Assembly: GCF_004010195.1 (NCBI RefSeq)
Contig: NC_057719.1
Location: forward strand, 21,426,892 to 21,490,891
Direction: 5' to 3'
Length of the DNA stretch: 64,000 bases
DNA from: Chiloscyllium plagiosum
Taxonomy: Eukaryota
Made by a program: the position numbers and the translations under genes. Under the pieces are notes generated by a model. That model searched no databases, was not told where the DNA came from, and worked only from the letters and a program-made list of their open reading frames with translations. This document shows positions 37,364 to 50,765 of the stretch, piece by piece; the stretch's first letter is position 1, and the number at the start of each line of letters is the position of its first letter.

Positions 37364-38946
37364 TTCGCACAGGTAGTTTAGCCTATTGTTTTCTCTGTTT
37401 CAAATGTTTTATTGTCCCAGAGAAACCTGCTAAGCTCATAAAATTGAGGTGTGACAATGCTGGGGAATGAATATTTAATGGACAGTTTTAATAATACTTG
37501 TATGGAGATCTGATGGTCCATCATTCAAATGGATTATCCCCCTTTTGTTTGACATTGTTCCTAACTCCTCAGCTTGAAAGGGTTTTGCACCACAAAATAA
37601 GGGTGAAGAAGGAAATAACTTTTTATAAGGTATAGAATGATCAATTAAGAAAGGGTGAAAAGATAAGAGTGACTGGAATAGAAAGGTTGCAGAAGGGGAA
37701 AGAAAAAACAATGCAAAACTGTTAAATTTACCACATTTAAAATATTTTAAGTACAGTTGGCTACTGACAGGAATAAAACACCACTGTTTCAATTGTTTTT
37801 TTTTCCTTCTTCGGCTAGAGAAGTTGAAGAGTGTTGTAGGTACACTCATTATTAAATGAGGTATTGCTTTGTCAAGTTTTACCTCTGAATTTCTACAGGA
37901 GATTGAATGCGCACTTATCTCAGAAATACCACAACTTCTTGTAATAAGTGGGAGGTTGATGGTGAGGTAATGTCTCCATGATGTTTATAATGGAATGATG
38001 CAAAGCAGAAATATCAAGTGAGTTACAAATTGACACAAACTGCTGAGTAATTTACTCACTAAGAATGAGATGAACAATTAAATCCACCTTCTGGACCATT
38101 GCCTTTTCATTTCAAAACATTTATCATTATTCACTTTAGTCAATATTTCGCCTTCAATAATTTCAGCGAATATGTAGCTGTATGTAAAACCTAATCAATA
38201 GCTCATAAGGTCTATTTGCCTCTTCGCCCATTAAATCAGCATGAACGTATAATCATAACATTTTACAGAACAAAGCAGAGCATTTAAAAAACAGCAAGTT
38301 GCTGTGAGACCCAAATCAACCCGAGTGCTGATTAATATCCACACTTAATGGAAGCACATTTATAGGCTGAGTTCCCATCATATCCATAAAGGATGTTTAA
38401 CTTCTGTCCCAGGGGCTAACCATTTGTGATATTTATAGGTGAAAGCCACTGCCACTATTTCTAATTGCTTGACTGGATCAAAGGGCCCATCAGGTTTACT
38501 GGAGTAGAGGAACAACCACTAAGTCTTCACAAGAAGAGGCTATTGTGTTGACAAGATACAGTTTTGTGTATGGTAGAGGTGAGGAGAAGTTACATTAGCT
38601 AGTTATCAGAGCATTGTTGCTAAAACAATTGAGAGGCATAGAATACACATTTATCTCTTTCTAAGGTCAAGCTATTTTTCATGACTTTCACATCCAAGAT
38701 GGCATGACATTATCAGGTTGGGTAGACCTTAATGAAGTCTCCAACACGACCCTTTCAGAACCAATACATTATAAAGCAACTGCAAGCTAGAGAAAGCCAC
38801 TTTCTCATTTTCCTGCATCTTTGTTTCTTACATGTTAGTTCCAATTCTAACAAATTCAGAATTTAAATGAGTTAAAATTTTGCTCAAGTGTGTCAGGATT
38901 TTTTATTCCTTGGCTCTATTTACTCACTGTACTTGAGCTCAAACTT

Positions 38947-39069
38947 AGGTAAAAACAATGACTGCAGATGCTGGATTCCTGATGAAGGGCTTTTGCCCGA
39001 AACGTCGATTTCGCTGCACCTTGGATGCTGCCTGAACTGTTGTGCTCTTCCAGCACCACTAATCCAGAA
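38947..39069. mobile_element. PLE-terminal mini-element with internal inversion and 14-bp TSD
   Basis: TSD TTGAGCTCAAACTT (38933-38946, 39070-39083). The first ~28 bp are antisense pLTR end and the rest is sense pLTR beginning at the HHR. Confidence 0.88.
38979..39006 (+). ncRNA. Minimal hammerhead ribozyme core (PLE family A)
   Basis: CUGAUGA-A-GGGC-UUUU-GCCC-GAAA-CG-UC, intact. Confidence 0.72.
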
Positions 39070-40270
39070 TTGAGCTCAAACTTGTCTATTGCATTTGTTA
39101 GAGGATGATTAAGAAGCTTTACAATGGAAAGATTAGATTGGCTTCCTTGTGATGTAATAAGACTTAAAGATAGGCAGAAGAAGAAATTACAAGAAGCAAA
39201 TATTCACAGAAGAAATCGAAGGCTATAATTAATTTTTACTTGATGTGGTGAAATCAGCAGAGTGGAAAATAAAGTCCAAAGTTAGAACTACATAATTCTT
39301 TAAAATTCAGTTGCTTAAATACCAATACTGTGTTGAATATAGACACCTTAATTTAAAGACATATTTTATAATAATTATTAATTCTCCAAGGGCTATTAAA
39401 ATACCACTCTGCAGCCCTGTCATTCCTCAACTGTATGAGTGCAGAATACTATCTGGATTTAAAAAAAAATGTTTTAATTCACTTCAGTCAGCACAGATTG
39501 GGAATATTGTCCCTAATTAACATGTCACTTGCCAACATCCCAATCGAATTAATAGAAGTTGGTGGGAGGCATCTGCATACCAGTTAAAATTAGCAGCAGA
39601 AAGCAGGGAATTGAGTAGAAGAATAAGAATTGATTTCATCAAGTGCAGAATTATGTAGTATAAAATTGAACAGGATATGGGTAGCAACCGGTCCATGCTC
39701 TACTTAAACCTTCTCCCAACCTTTCTTATGCAAATCCATCCAAATCTCTCGTTTTTGCCCCATATCATTACCTGGCCTCACTTTAAATGCATCTATGCTA
39801 TTCACTTCAACCAGATACAAATGAAACAAATCCTACACTTTCACCACTCTCTTCCTAAAGAGATTTCTTCTGAATTCTGAACTGGCGATTTGTTTTTTCT
39901 TTTGTTCCTATTCCACACTTCACTCAATCTCCAGCTCTCTTCACATTAAGAGGCCAATCTCTTAGGACATCATCTCTTCCACCACCTATGAAGAAGAATT
40001 CACAGATCCCTCAGAGATACATGAGCAAGGCTGCCTCTTTATCCTCCACCAATGCAGATACTGATGCTTTGGCAGTATGTTAGCTAGATGAGAACTGGGA
40101 CAATATGCTGGTGAGCTGTTTGGGGGTTTTTCTTTTTCCCAGCATCGAGAATCTCATTTTTTCTGATTTAACCATATCTTCCAACTGGCTCAGCATTACT
40201 AACATTATCCAGGGGCTAGGATAATTCAGACCTGGGATTGGGGATCACAGATTCAGGATGATATGAAGAG

Positions 40271-40613
40271 AGATTTAGATTTAGATTTAGATTTAGATTT
40301 AGATTACTTACAGTGTGGAAACAGGCCCTTCGGCCCAACAAGTCCACACCGACCCGCCGAAGCGCAACCCACCCATACCCCTACATTTACCCCTTACCTA
40401 ACACTACGGGCAATTTAGCATGGCCAATTCACCTGACCTGCACATCTTTGGACTGTGGGAGGAAACCGGAGCACCCGGAGGAAACCCACGCAGACACGGG
40501 GAGAACGTGCAAACTCCACACAGTCAGTCGCCTGAGGCGGGAATTGAACCCGGGTCTCTGGCGCTGTGAGGCAGCAGTGCTAACCACTGTGCCACCGTGC
40601 CACCGTGCCGCCC
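40271..40613 (-). mobile_element. Young full-length HE1 SINE with (AGATTT)n tail
   Basis: Nearly identical to the inverted copy at 55642-55950; CpGs retained. Confidence 0.95.
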
Positions 40614-40874
40614 ACTAATTTTGAGATCATGTTTCGTATAGCTAGCTCCTTCACCATTTTCAGTTGGTCTGTCTCTGTTTGAAGTTTCTTTGACACCTTT
40701 AAATGTTACATCTCTTTGGTCCCACACAGAGATTTCACCACCAATCACTGAATTTATACCAGTAGCCATTTGTCTCTGCAGCAGTCCTCATTCAATATCA
40801 CAACTTGGAACTAAAGGCTAAAATTATCCATCCTATTTTGAGGTTCTGACTTATCACCATAACACATTGTACAC

Positions 40875-41945
40875 CAGTCCCACCCCCCCTCCCATTTATC
40901 TCACCATTCCCTCAGCTTGAAGGGCTTTTGCCCAAAATGTTGATTTTCCTGCTCCACGAATGCTGCCTGACCTGCTCTGCTTTTATAGCACTACATTCTC
41001 GACTCTGATATATCGCATCATCCTTCGCCATTTCTGCCACCTGAAAACCTACCAGAGATATATTTCCCTTCCCACCCCTATCCGCTTTCTGAAAAGACCA
41101 TTCCCTCCACGACTCCCTCTTCNNNNNNNNNNNNNNNNNNNNNNNNNNNNNNNNNNNNNNNNNNNNNNNNNNNNNNNNNNNNNNNNNNNACACCACCCCC
41201 ACCAATCAGCTTTCCCCTCCTGGAACTTTCTTCTGCCACCATAGGAATTGCAAAACCTGTGCTCACACCTCCCCGCTCACCTTGGTCTAAGGCCCAAAGG
41301 AGCCTTTCGCATACATCAGAGTTTTACCTGCACTTCCACATGTATCATTTACTGTATCCATTCCTCCCGATCGGTCTCCTCTACATTAGGGAGACAGGAT
41401 GCCTACTCTCAGAGTGCTTCAGAGAACGCATCTGGGACACCCACACCAACAACTCCACTGCCCCGTGGCCGACCAGTTCAAGCTCCCCTCCCACTCTCCC
41501 AAGGACATTCAGGTCCTGGTTCTCCTCCATCACCACTCCCTAACCACCCGATGCCTGGAGGAAGAACACCTCAGCTTTCGCCTTGGGACCCTCCAACCCA
41601 ACAGCATCAGTGTGTATTTCACCAGTTTCCTCATTTACCCTCCCCCCACCTTATCCAAGTTCCAACCTTCCAATTCAGGACCATCCTCATGACCTGTCCT
41701 ATCTGCCCATCTTCCATCTCACCTATCCGCTCCACCCTCCTTTCCGACCTATCACCATTACCCCCACCTCCATCTACCTATCGCACTCTCAGCTATTTTG
41801 CTCCCAGCCCCACACCCCTCCCATTTATCTCACGACCCCCTTGGCTCACAACCCCATTTCTGATAAAGGGCTTGTGCCCGAAACATTGATTCTTTTGTTT
41901 TTTGGATGCCGCCTAACCTGCTGTGCTTTTCCAGCACCACTGTCT
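40875..41945 (+). mobile_element. Penelope-like element 3' half: partial upstream pLTR, GIY-YIG endonuclease remnant, 3' pLTR
   Basis: FTCTSTCIIYCIH...LLYIRETG..LSECFRE (GIY-YIG-like, frameshifted), RLGTLQPN; pLTR with decayed HHR at 40917-40942 and 41860-41890. Confidence 0.88.
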
Positions 41946-42019
41946 TGACCAGAAGTGGACGGATAGATGTTGAAGGTGTTATATCTGGTACCATTAAAGT
42001 GGGTGTTTTGCGATCAATG

Positions 42020-43245
42020 ATAGAGTCATAGAGATGTACATGACGGAAACAGATCCTTTGGTCCAACTTGTCCTTGCCGACTTGATATCCCAACCTAATC
42101 TAGTCCCGCTTGTCAGCTCATATACCTCCAAACCCTTTCTATTCATATACCATCCAGATGCCTTTTAAATGTTGCAATGTATCAGCCTCCACCAGTTCCT
42201 CCGGCAGCCCATTCCACACACATACCACCCTCTGCGTGAAAAAGTTGCCCTTAGGTCTCTTTTATATCCTTCCCTTCTCACCCTAAACCTATGCCTTCTA
42301 GTTTTGGACTCCCCAACCCAGGAAAAGACCTTGTCTATTTACCATATTCATGTCCTTCATGATTTATAAACCTCTATAAGGACACCCCTCAGTCTCCGAC
42401 GCTCCAGGAAAAACAGCCCCAGCCTGTTCAGCCTCTCCCTATAGCTCAAATCCTCCCACCCTGGCAATATCCTTGTTAATCTTTTCTGAGCCCTTTCAAA
42501 TTTCACAACATCTTTCCGATAGGAAGACCAGAATTGCTTGCAATATTCCAAAAGTGGCCTGACCAATGTCCTGTACAGCCACAACTCCTGTACTCAACAA
42601 GGTAAAAACAATGACTGCAGATGCTGGAAACCAGATTCTGGATCAGTGGTGCTGGAAGAGCACAGCAATTCAGGCAGCATCCTGCTCGTCGGATCCTGTA
42701 CTCAATACTCTGACCAATAAAGGAAAATATACCCAATGTTTTCTTCACTATCCTGTCTAGCTGCAACTTTACTTTAAAGGAGCAATGAACCTGCACTCCA
42801 AGGTCTTTTTGTTCAGTAACACTCCTTAGGACCTTCCCATGAAGTGTATAGGTCCTGCTAAGATTTGCTTTCCCAAAATGCAGCCCCTGACATGTATCTA
42901 AATTAAGCTCCATCTGCCACTCCTCAGCCCATTGGCCCATCTGATCAAGATCCTGTTGTAATCTGAGTTAACCTTCTTTGTTGTCCACCATACCTCCAAT
43001 TTTGGTGTCATCCACTAACTTGCTAACTATACCTCCTACATTTACATCCAAATCATTTATACAAATGATGAAAAGTAGTGGACCCAGCATCGATCCTAGT
43101 GGCACTCCACTGGTCACAGGCCTCCAGTCTGAAAAACAACCCTCCAACACCACTCTCTGTCTTTTACCTTTGAGCCAGTTCTATATCCAAACGGCTAGTT
43201 CTCCCTGTATTCCATGAGATCTAACCTTGCTAGTCAGTCTCCCAT
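42020..43245 (-). mobile_element. CR1 LINE 3' half with nested PLE terminal fragment (42598-42693)
   Basis: [33 protein letters not shown]. The nested fragment is flanked by TSD TCCTGTACTCAA (42586-42597, 42694-42705). Confidence 0.9.
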
Positions 43246-44610
43246 GATGTCAAGCTTCTTGAATATTGTTGGTGCTGCATTCATTCAGGCAAGTGAAAGG
43301 TGTTCTGTCATTCCTGACTTGCAACTTGTACATGGCTGGCAGACTTGGATGTGTTAAGAGATGAATTGCTTGTTGAAGAATCCAAGGCTCTGACTTGCTC
43401 AATCCAAGCCTAGTCCAGCTTCTGATCAATCAAAATCCCCAAGATGTTGATAGTGGGAGCTTTTAGTGCTGTTAATGCCAATAAATGTCATGACAATTGT
43501 TAGATTCTCACTAGTCGGAGATGGTTATTCCCTAGTATCAATGTGCCATGAATGCTAATTTCTACTTGTCAGCTCAAACTGGACATTGTCATGTCTCTGC
43601 CTAGACCTGGCAGAGATGATTGAGATGGTAGTTACCTTCATAGATGTCTGAAAACAAACCTTCAAGCTCAGCAAGCTAACTTACATACTTATTCATAGAT
43701 GCTTCTTCAGTTTGGGCAGATTTGGGTAAGGGATTCCCAAGAGTGAATGGGGATGTTGTTTTCATTTGGATGTGGACATTGCATTTGGATGTGGACTGCT
43801 TCTGCACCTGAGGAGTTGTGAATGATTGTAAACATTTCATAATCATCAGCAAGATTCCACTTCTGAGTATCGGATAGCGGGAAGTCATTGACAAAGTTGG
43901 TGATGTTAATTGGGCTTAGTACACTACCCTGAGAAGCTCCTGCAGAGATTTCCTGGGGCTGAGATGACTGACCTCAAACAACCATCGGCACCTTTCTTTG
44001 TGCCAGGTGTGATTCCAACCAGCAGAGAGTTTTCTCATTAACTCCAGGTTTGCCCCAGCACCTTGATAGCACAATTCATCAAATGCTACCTTGACCAAAG
44101 GCAGCGTCACTCCCAATTCTGCTCTTTTGTCCACGTATGAACCCAGTCTTTAGTGAGGTCAGGAGCTCAGTGGGCTTGATGGAACCCAAATTGATGTCAG
44201 TGACCATGTTATTGTTGAATAAGTACTTCTTGAAAGCACTGTTGATGACACCTTCCACCACCTGATTGCTTGATTGATTTATTATTGTCACATGTACCAA
44301 GATACTATGAAAAGTGTTGTTTTGTATGCCATACAGGCAGATCATACAGTACCAAGTACAGCACGGTAGAGAACAAAGTGCAATATTATAGCCTCAGAGA
44401 AGGTGCAAATAGAGAGAGAAAGTGATCAGAATCATTTTGCTGATGATTGAGATGAAGCTGAAGGGCCAGTAATTTTTTTGTCCTGCTTTTTTATAGATAA
44501 GACATGGTTGGGTGATTTTATATATTGTTGGGAAGATGTCAATGTTATTGCTGCACTGACAAAGCTTGGCTAGGGGCACAGCAAATTGCAGAGAGCAAGT
44601 CTTCAACATT
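43246..44610 (-). mobile_element. Old L2/CR1-clade LINE RT remnant; related pieces at 46710-47165, 49685-50350, 57435-57890
   Basis: Minus-strand remnants LKTC..LAVPLAKL..IFPT, NYWPFSFISIISK, KVAFDELCYQG, KKLDIIQDK. Confidence 0.7.
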
Positions 44611-44779
44611 AATACCGATACTGGGTCTGGGTACCACCTGTGACTTCATTTACAATTTACTCCCGTGACACTTTTCACTGGGTGTCAAAATTATGGCCGT
44701 TTTTAACATTTATGAGTGTTTTTTTTTTCCCTTTTTCAGGGATCCATAGTATTGTAACTTGCAGTACAACATACTCACA

Positions 44780-45150
44780 GTTTGCAACCAGAGGTTCAAG
44801 ATCCACTTGAACACATAATCAAGATGAACACTGGCAGAACTGAAAGAGTATTGCAATGCACCATCTTTCATGTGAGAATTGAAACCAAGCTTCCATCTGA
44901 TTACTCAATTGGATGTAAAACATCCCTCAGGACTATCTCAAAAAAGAGATGTTCTCACTAATGTCATGCTCAATACTTATTCCTCAACCAACACCTAAAA
45001 TTGATTATGTTATCATTATTAGATTGGTGTTTGTGGGGGATTGATGTGGGGCTGTCACATCTTCTTACATTCAACAGTGACTATTGATGTTAAACTGTTT
45101 TGGGATTTTGAAGTGATGCAGACACTTTATAAATCCAAGTCTTTTCTTTT
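44780..45150 (+). mobile_element. DeuSINE relic
   Basis: ggttcaagatccact head; ggatgtaaaacatccc..aatacttattcctcaaccaacac Deu core; tail cactttataaatccaagtcttttcttt. Confidence 0.65.
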
Positions 45151-45677
45151 CATTTTTGAAACTGTTCGGTGAATTGACTAACAATTGCTTTGGGTCAGTA
45201 TGCTATGTGTAGGAACAAAACAAGTTCCCTTTCCAGCTCATTGATAGAATGATAGATTACAGCAGATATTCTGAGTGACAGAATTTATTCAGCGAAGGAA
45301 CAGTTATGATGTTTGAGAGCATATGATGTTATAGAGCATGCCTTCTTATGGTGCTCAACATCCTTTCTTAATGTGCCCCCTGTGATTCATGATTTTCTAC
45401 ATATTGCTTGCTCATGCATTGCAATTAAGTATATCCGAGTTGAGGGGTTATGAGTAGAGTTTGAACTGAGCCAGCTCGTGGGTAGCCTGTAAGTCAGACA
45501 ACTCAATATTGTGTGTGCAGCAAAGAAACATGTCTGTCGTAATTTGAAGGGTATTCTGTGCTTTAATGAGCTGGGTCTCAATGGGTAAGTAGTTATTTGG
45601 TGCTTTGTTGTATTGTATGAAAAGAGTGGATGGAATATCATGCTCGATATATCAGTTAACAGTTTTTTTTCTGTGGG

Positions 45678-45810
45678 GTAAAAACAATGACTGCAGATGC
45701 TGGAAACCAGATTCTGGATTAGTGGTGCTGGAAGAGCACAGCAGTTCAAGCAGCATCCAAGGAGCAGCGAAATCGACGTTTCAGGCAAAAGCCCTTCATC
45801 AGGAATAAAG
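45678..45810 (-). mobile_element. PLE family A terminal fragment including hammerhead core (45775-45802)
   Basis: GGTAAAAACAATGACTGCAG...GACGTTTCAGGCAAAAGCCCTTCATCAGGAATAAAG; near identical to 10348-10480. Confidence 0.88.
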
Positions 45811-46399
45811 GTAGATGATCCAGGAGATAATTGTGCACAGTTGGTGACGTTGATGTGACACATCACATGACATGGAATATGATGTCGATGTCATAATAAG
45901 GCCAAGTTTGACTTGAGCTACAGCATGGTGCCACCTCATTTGTTTCGGCAGTGCAGAAAGTGAGTTGTGGCTACATGTAGACGTAAGAAGGTGTTGCAAC
46001 TTTAAATCACCTGTCTCTTGCAGCATTTTGTGACACCATTTCATAAGACGTTCAGGTGACAAAGAAGGTTTCTCTGAGAAATATGATATGTCTGAAAGGG
46101 GCAGTGAATGGGGTACATGGTCAACAACAGCTGAGCACTAGCAAACTGAAAAATTGTATGAGATCCCTTGTAGCTAGTTCACTTAGTATGCAGTATCTAC
46201 ATCTTTCCAGTGGCACACAGCCTTAGGTTCAGCTCTGTTCTGAATTTCTGACCCCTTATCCATTCACTCTACTGTCTCCTCCTTCCTTCTTCGCTACCTC
46301 ACACAGTTTGGAAGCCACTGACACTCTCAGCCATGATTAGTCACTTACCAATTATCAACGTCTGCTGCAAATGTCAATTCATCCAAATCTCTGTTCTTC

Positions 46400-46700
46400 T
46401 AATTCTATCCCACACTGGTCTCATTCACTTATCATCTCTGTCTTTGCTAACATATTTTGGTTTTACTTTCCTCAGGCATCAACACTAAAATTAACATCCT
46501 CCTGTTTAAATTACATTTTGGTTTCTCCCTTTCCTTTCCCTAACCTCTCAAGTTCGACCATCCTTCATGCCCCAAACTCAACACTTCTGTATTCTTCACC
46601 CCACACACCTGAGCCTTAAATTCCCACACACATCCTCTGGAATTCCCTCCTTAAACTGCCTTTCTTTCCTCTCCACCTTAAAGATCTTTTTCAACGCCAG
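46400..46700 (+). mobile_element. L2-like LINE 3' remnant; similar at 32570-32850
   Basis: atcatctctgtctttgctaac..tggtt..aaattaacatcct..ctggaattccctcc motifs typical of L2 3' ends. Confidence 0.45.
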
Positions 46701-47171
46701 TTTTGTAATATATTCACTCATGAAATGTGGGCATCATTAGTAAAGCCAGCATTTATTCCCTATCCCTGATGCCCTTGGTGGTGAGTTGCCTTCACAAACT
46801 ACTGCCACGGTGTGTGTGGAAGGGAGTTCCAGAACTTTGAATAATGACAATGTAGGATTGGCAGTGTCGCTCCAAACTAAGATGACCTGTGTCTTGGAGG
46901 GGCACTTTCAGGGGCGATTTTGTTTGTCTCAGTGGTGAATGTCACAGGTTTGGAAAATGCTGTCAAAACAACCTTAGTGAGTTGCTTGAGTGCATCTTGT
47001 AGATGCTACTGTTGCTACATGGCAGTGGTGAAAGGAGTAACTGTTGAAGGTGATTGATGAGGCATCAAATGAGCAGGCTGCATGGATCTTGGGTACAGTC
47101 AAACTGTTTGAGTGTTGTTGAGGCTATACTCATCCAAGTAAGTGGACAGTATTTGATCACACTGCTGAATT

Positions 47172-47482
47172 GGGCAGCATGGTGGCTCAGTGGTTAGCAC
47201 TGCTGCCTCATAGCACCAGGGACCCTGGATTCATTCTAGCCTCAGGTGACTGCCTTGGTAGAATTTGCACATTTTCCCGTGTCTGCTTGGGTTTCCTCCC
47301 ACAGTCCAAAGATATACAGGTTAGGTGAATTGGCCATGCTAAATTGCCCATAGTGTTAGGTGCATTAGTCAGTGGTAAAAATAGAATCGAGGAATTGGTC
47401 TGGATGGGTTACTCTTCGGAGGATCAGTGTGGACGTGTTGGGCCGAAGGGCATGTTTCCATACTGTAGGGAATCTAATCAAT
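47172..47482 (+). mobile_element. HE1 SINE (V-SINE)
   Basis: Head, V-domain and tail motifs present. Confidence 0.9.
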
Positions 47483-47789
47483 CAATCATGAGGTAGTTAG
47501 GCTTTGGGGATTCACATACAATGTTCTCTCTAAGCAGCACAATAATGTATTGGTACAATTGCTCAGAGGCTCCATGCACACCAGTTGGTGTTGCAATGCA
47601 TTGACTTCTGCACAGGGACGTTGAGAGTGCACAGATTTTAGAGTCCCACACAGCAGAAAAGAATAATTCAGGGGAATATTAGTTAGAATGATAAGGATGG
47701 TTCTGAATCAAAAAGAGCAAGTTAATTAGAAAAGACAGACAAGAGCAAGTCAGAGAATGAGGTAACTCTGAAGAATTAATTGGGATCAA

Positions 47790-49680
47790 ATGAATTCTTG
47801 AAGAGTATAAAGGGTGCAGGGCCATTCTTAAGAAGGAAATTAGGAGAAAAAAAGGGGATATAAGATAGCCTCAGCAGACAAGCTTCAGGATAATCCAAAG
47901 AGATTCTGCAAATACATTAACAATGAAAGAACAACTAGGGAGAGAATAGGACCCCTTAAAGATCAATGAAGTTGTTTATACATTGAACCTCAGGAAATAG
48001 GAGTGATAATAAATAAAAAATTCATGTCAATTTTTACTATTGGAGAAAGAAATGGAGGCTAGAGAACTCAGGGGAATACATATTGATGTCTTCATAACAG
48101 TTCACATTACAGAAAAGGAAGTGTTGCAAGTCTTAGAAAACATAAATGTGGATAAATCTCCAGAACCTGATCAAGTGTATTCCAGGACATTGTGGGAAGT
48201 TAGGGAGGAAATTGAAGGGTCCCTAGCAGAGATATTTGTACCACATAAAACCATGGACGAGGTGCCGGAGGACTAGAGGATGACTCATGTTATGCCTTTG
48301 TTAATGAAAGGTTGTAAGTCTGGGAACTATAGACCTGTGAGTCTGACTTTAGTGGTGGGTAATGATGGAGGCAATTCTGAAATATTGAATTTACATGCAT
48401 TTGGAGAGGCAAAGACTGATTAAGAATAGTCAGCATGGTTTTGTGTGAAGGCAATCATGTCTCACAAACTTGATTGAGTTTTTTCAGGAAGCAACCAAAA
48501 AGCTTGATGAGGGCAGAGTGGTAGGTATTGTTAACATGGAGTTTAGTAAAGCCTTTGGCAAAGTTCCACATGGTAGACTAATTTGTAAAGATAGATCACA
48601 TGGTATTCAGGGAGAGCTTGCCAATTGGATACTAAATTGGCTTGATGATAGGAGACACAGGGTAGAGGTGGAGGATTGTTTTTCGAACTGAAGTCCTGTG
48701 ACTAGTGATGTTCCACAGGGATTGGTATTGGGTCCACATTTGTTTATCAATTACGTAAATGATTTTGATGAGAATTTAAGTGATATGGTTAATAAGTTTG
48801 TGGCTAACACCAACGTTGGTGGTATAGCGGACGGTAAAGAAGATTGTCTAAGATTACGAAGAGGTCTTGATCAAATGGTCCAATGGGCTGAGGAATGTCA
48901 GATGGAGTTTAATTTGCATAATTGCAAGGTATTGCATTTTGGTAAAACAAACAAGGGGAGGACTTATACAATTAATGTTAGGGCCTTGGGTAGTGTTGTA
49001 GAACAGAGAGATCTCAGGATTCATGGAGAAAATCCTTTCAAAGTTGCATCACAGGTTGACAGGGTGATTAAGAAGGTGAGTAGTACACCTTCATTGCCTT
49101 CAATGCTCAGACCTCTGAGTGTAGGAATTGGGATGTCATGTTAAGGTTTTACAGGATGTTAGTGAGACCTCTCCTGGAATACTGTGGGCAGTTCTTGTTA
49201 CCCTGGTTTAGGAAGGATATTATTAAATTGGAGAGGGTTCGGAGAAGATTTACCAGGATGTTGTCAGGAATGGAAGATTTGAGTTAAAAGAGGTTGGAGC
49301 ATGAGAGGTTGAGGGCTAACCTTCTCAAGGTTTATAAAACCATAGATAAGCTGATTAGCAAGTGTCTTTTCCGTCGATGGGAGATTTCAAGATTAGAGAG
49401 CATATTTTTAAGGTGAGAGGAGAAAGATTTAAAAAGGACATGAGGGGCAACTTCATTTACACAGAGAATGGTTTGTATATGGAATGAACTGCCAGAGGAA
49501 GTGTTGGATGTAGGTACAGTTGAGATATTTAAATGACACTTGGATAAGTACATGAATAAGAAGCGTTTGGAGGGATATGGGCCAAACACAAGCAAGTGGG
49601 ATTAGTTTGTTTTGGGAACATGGTTGGCACGGACATTTGAACCGAAGGGTCTGATTCCATGTTGCATGACCCTGTAACTT
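47790..49680 (+). mobile_element. CR1 LINE ORF2 (RT) and 3' UTR, degraded
   Basis: VDKSPEPDQVYSRTL, EFSKAFGKVPHGRL, DVPQGLVLGPHLF, EQRDL. Confidence 0.9.
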
Positions 49681-50549
49681 TAGAAGGTGAGAATCCCTAG
49701 CTTCTGGCTTGCTTTTGTAACCAGTGTTTTTTTTTTTGACACATCCAGTTCTGTTTCTGGTCAACAGAAACCCCAGAATGTTGGTAGTCAGGAAATTCGA
49801 TGATGATAGTACCACTTAATGTCAAATTGCAATCATTAGATTCTCTCTTTACGAGTCACAGACTTGTGAATTATATGTGTAATTTATATATATATATCAG
49901 TCCAAGCCTTGACATCATCCAGGTCTTATGCGTGTGGACACAGACTGCATCACTACCTGAGGAGTTGGAAGTAATGGTGAACATTGTGCAGTTATCAACA
50001 AATATTCCATTATTATGGAGAGAAGGTGATTAAGGAAGCAGTTGAAGGGTCCTTGATGCCATTCTCAGTCAAGTGTTGTCTTAATGTCAAGGGCAGTTAC
50101 TCTTACCTCACCTCACCTCTGGAATTCAGCTCTTTTGTTCATGTTCAGACCAAGGCTGTAATGGTTTTTGTAACTGAGTGGACCTGGTGCAACCCAAACT
50201 GAGGTTATTGTTGAGTAATTGTTGCTCAATAGCACTGCTGATGACTTCTTCCATTATTTTGCTGATGAATAAAAGTGTACTGATGCACAAGTTTGATCTT
50301 GTGTGACCAAGATATCTGGGCAATTTCCTACATTGCTGCATAGCTGTTCTGGAACAGTTTGGTTTGGAGCACAGCTAATTCCAACACTTAACATGGCATT
50401 CATTTGGCATTTCTGGCTGAAAATTGAAGATCATCCCACTGAAAGCTTCACCTCCATAACTTGGTGCATTTTTGCAGTCCTTATTAAAACTCTTCATTTC
50501 TTCTGCTCTTGTCCCTAGCTGGAAAGGGCTACAGGTGTAGTGCACATTT

Positions 50550-50765
50550 TAGATTAGATTACACTACAGTGTGGAAACAGGCCCTTCGGCCCAACAAGTC
50601 CACACCGACCCGCCGAAGCGCAACCCACCCATACCCCTACATTTACCCCTTACCTAACACTACGGGCAATTTTAGCATGGCCAATTCACCTAACCTGCAC
50701 ATCTTTGGACTGTGGGAGGAAACCGGAGCACCCGGAGGAAACCCACGCAGACACGGGGAGAATGT
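50550..50765 (-). mobile_element. Young 5'-truncated HE1 SINE
   Basis: Near identical to 40300-40510. Confidence 0.92.
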
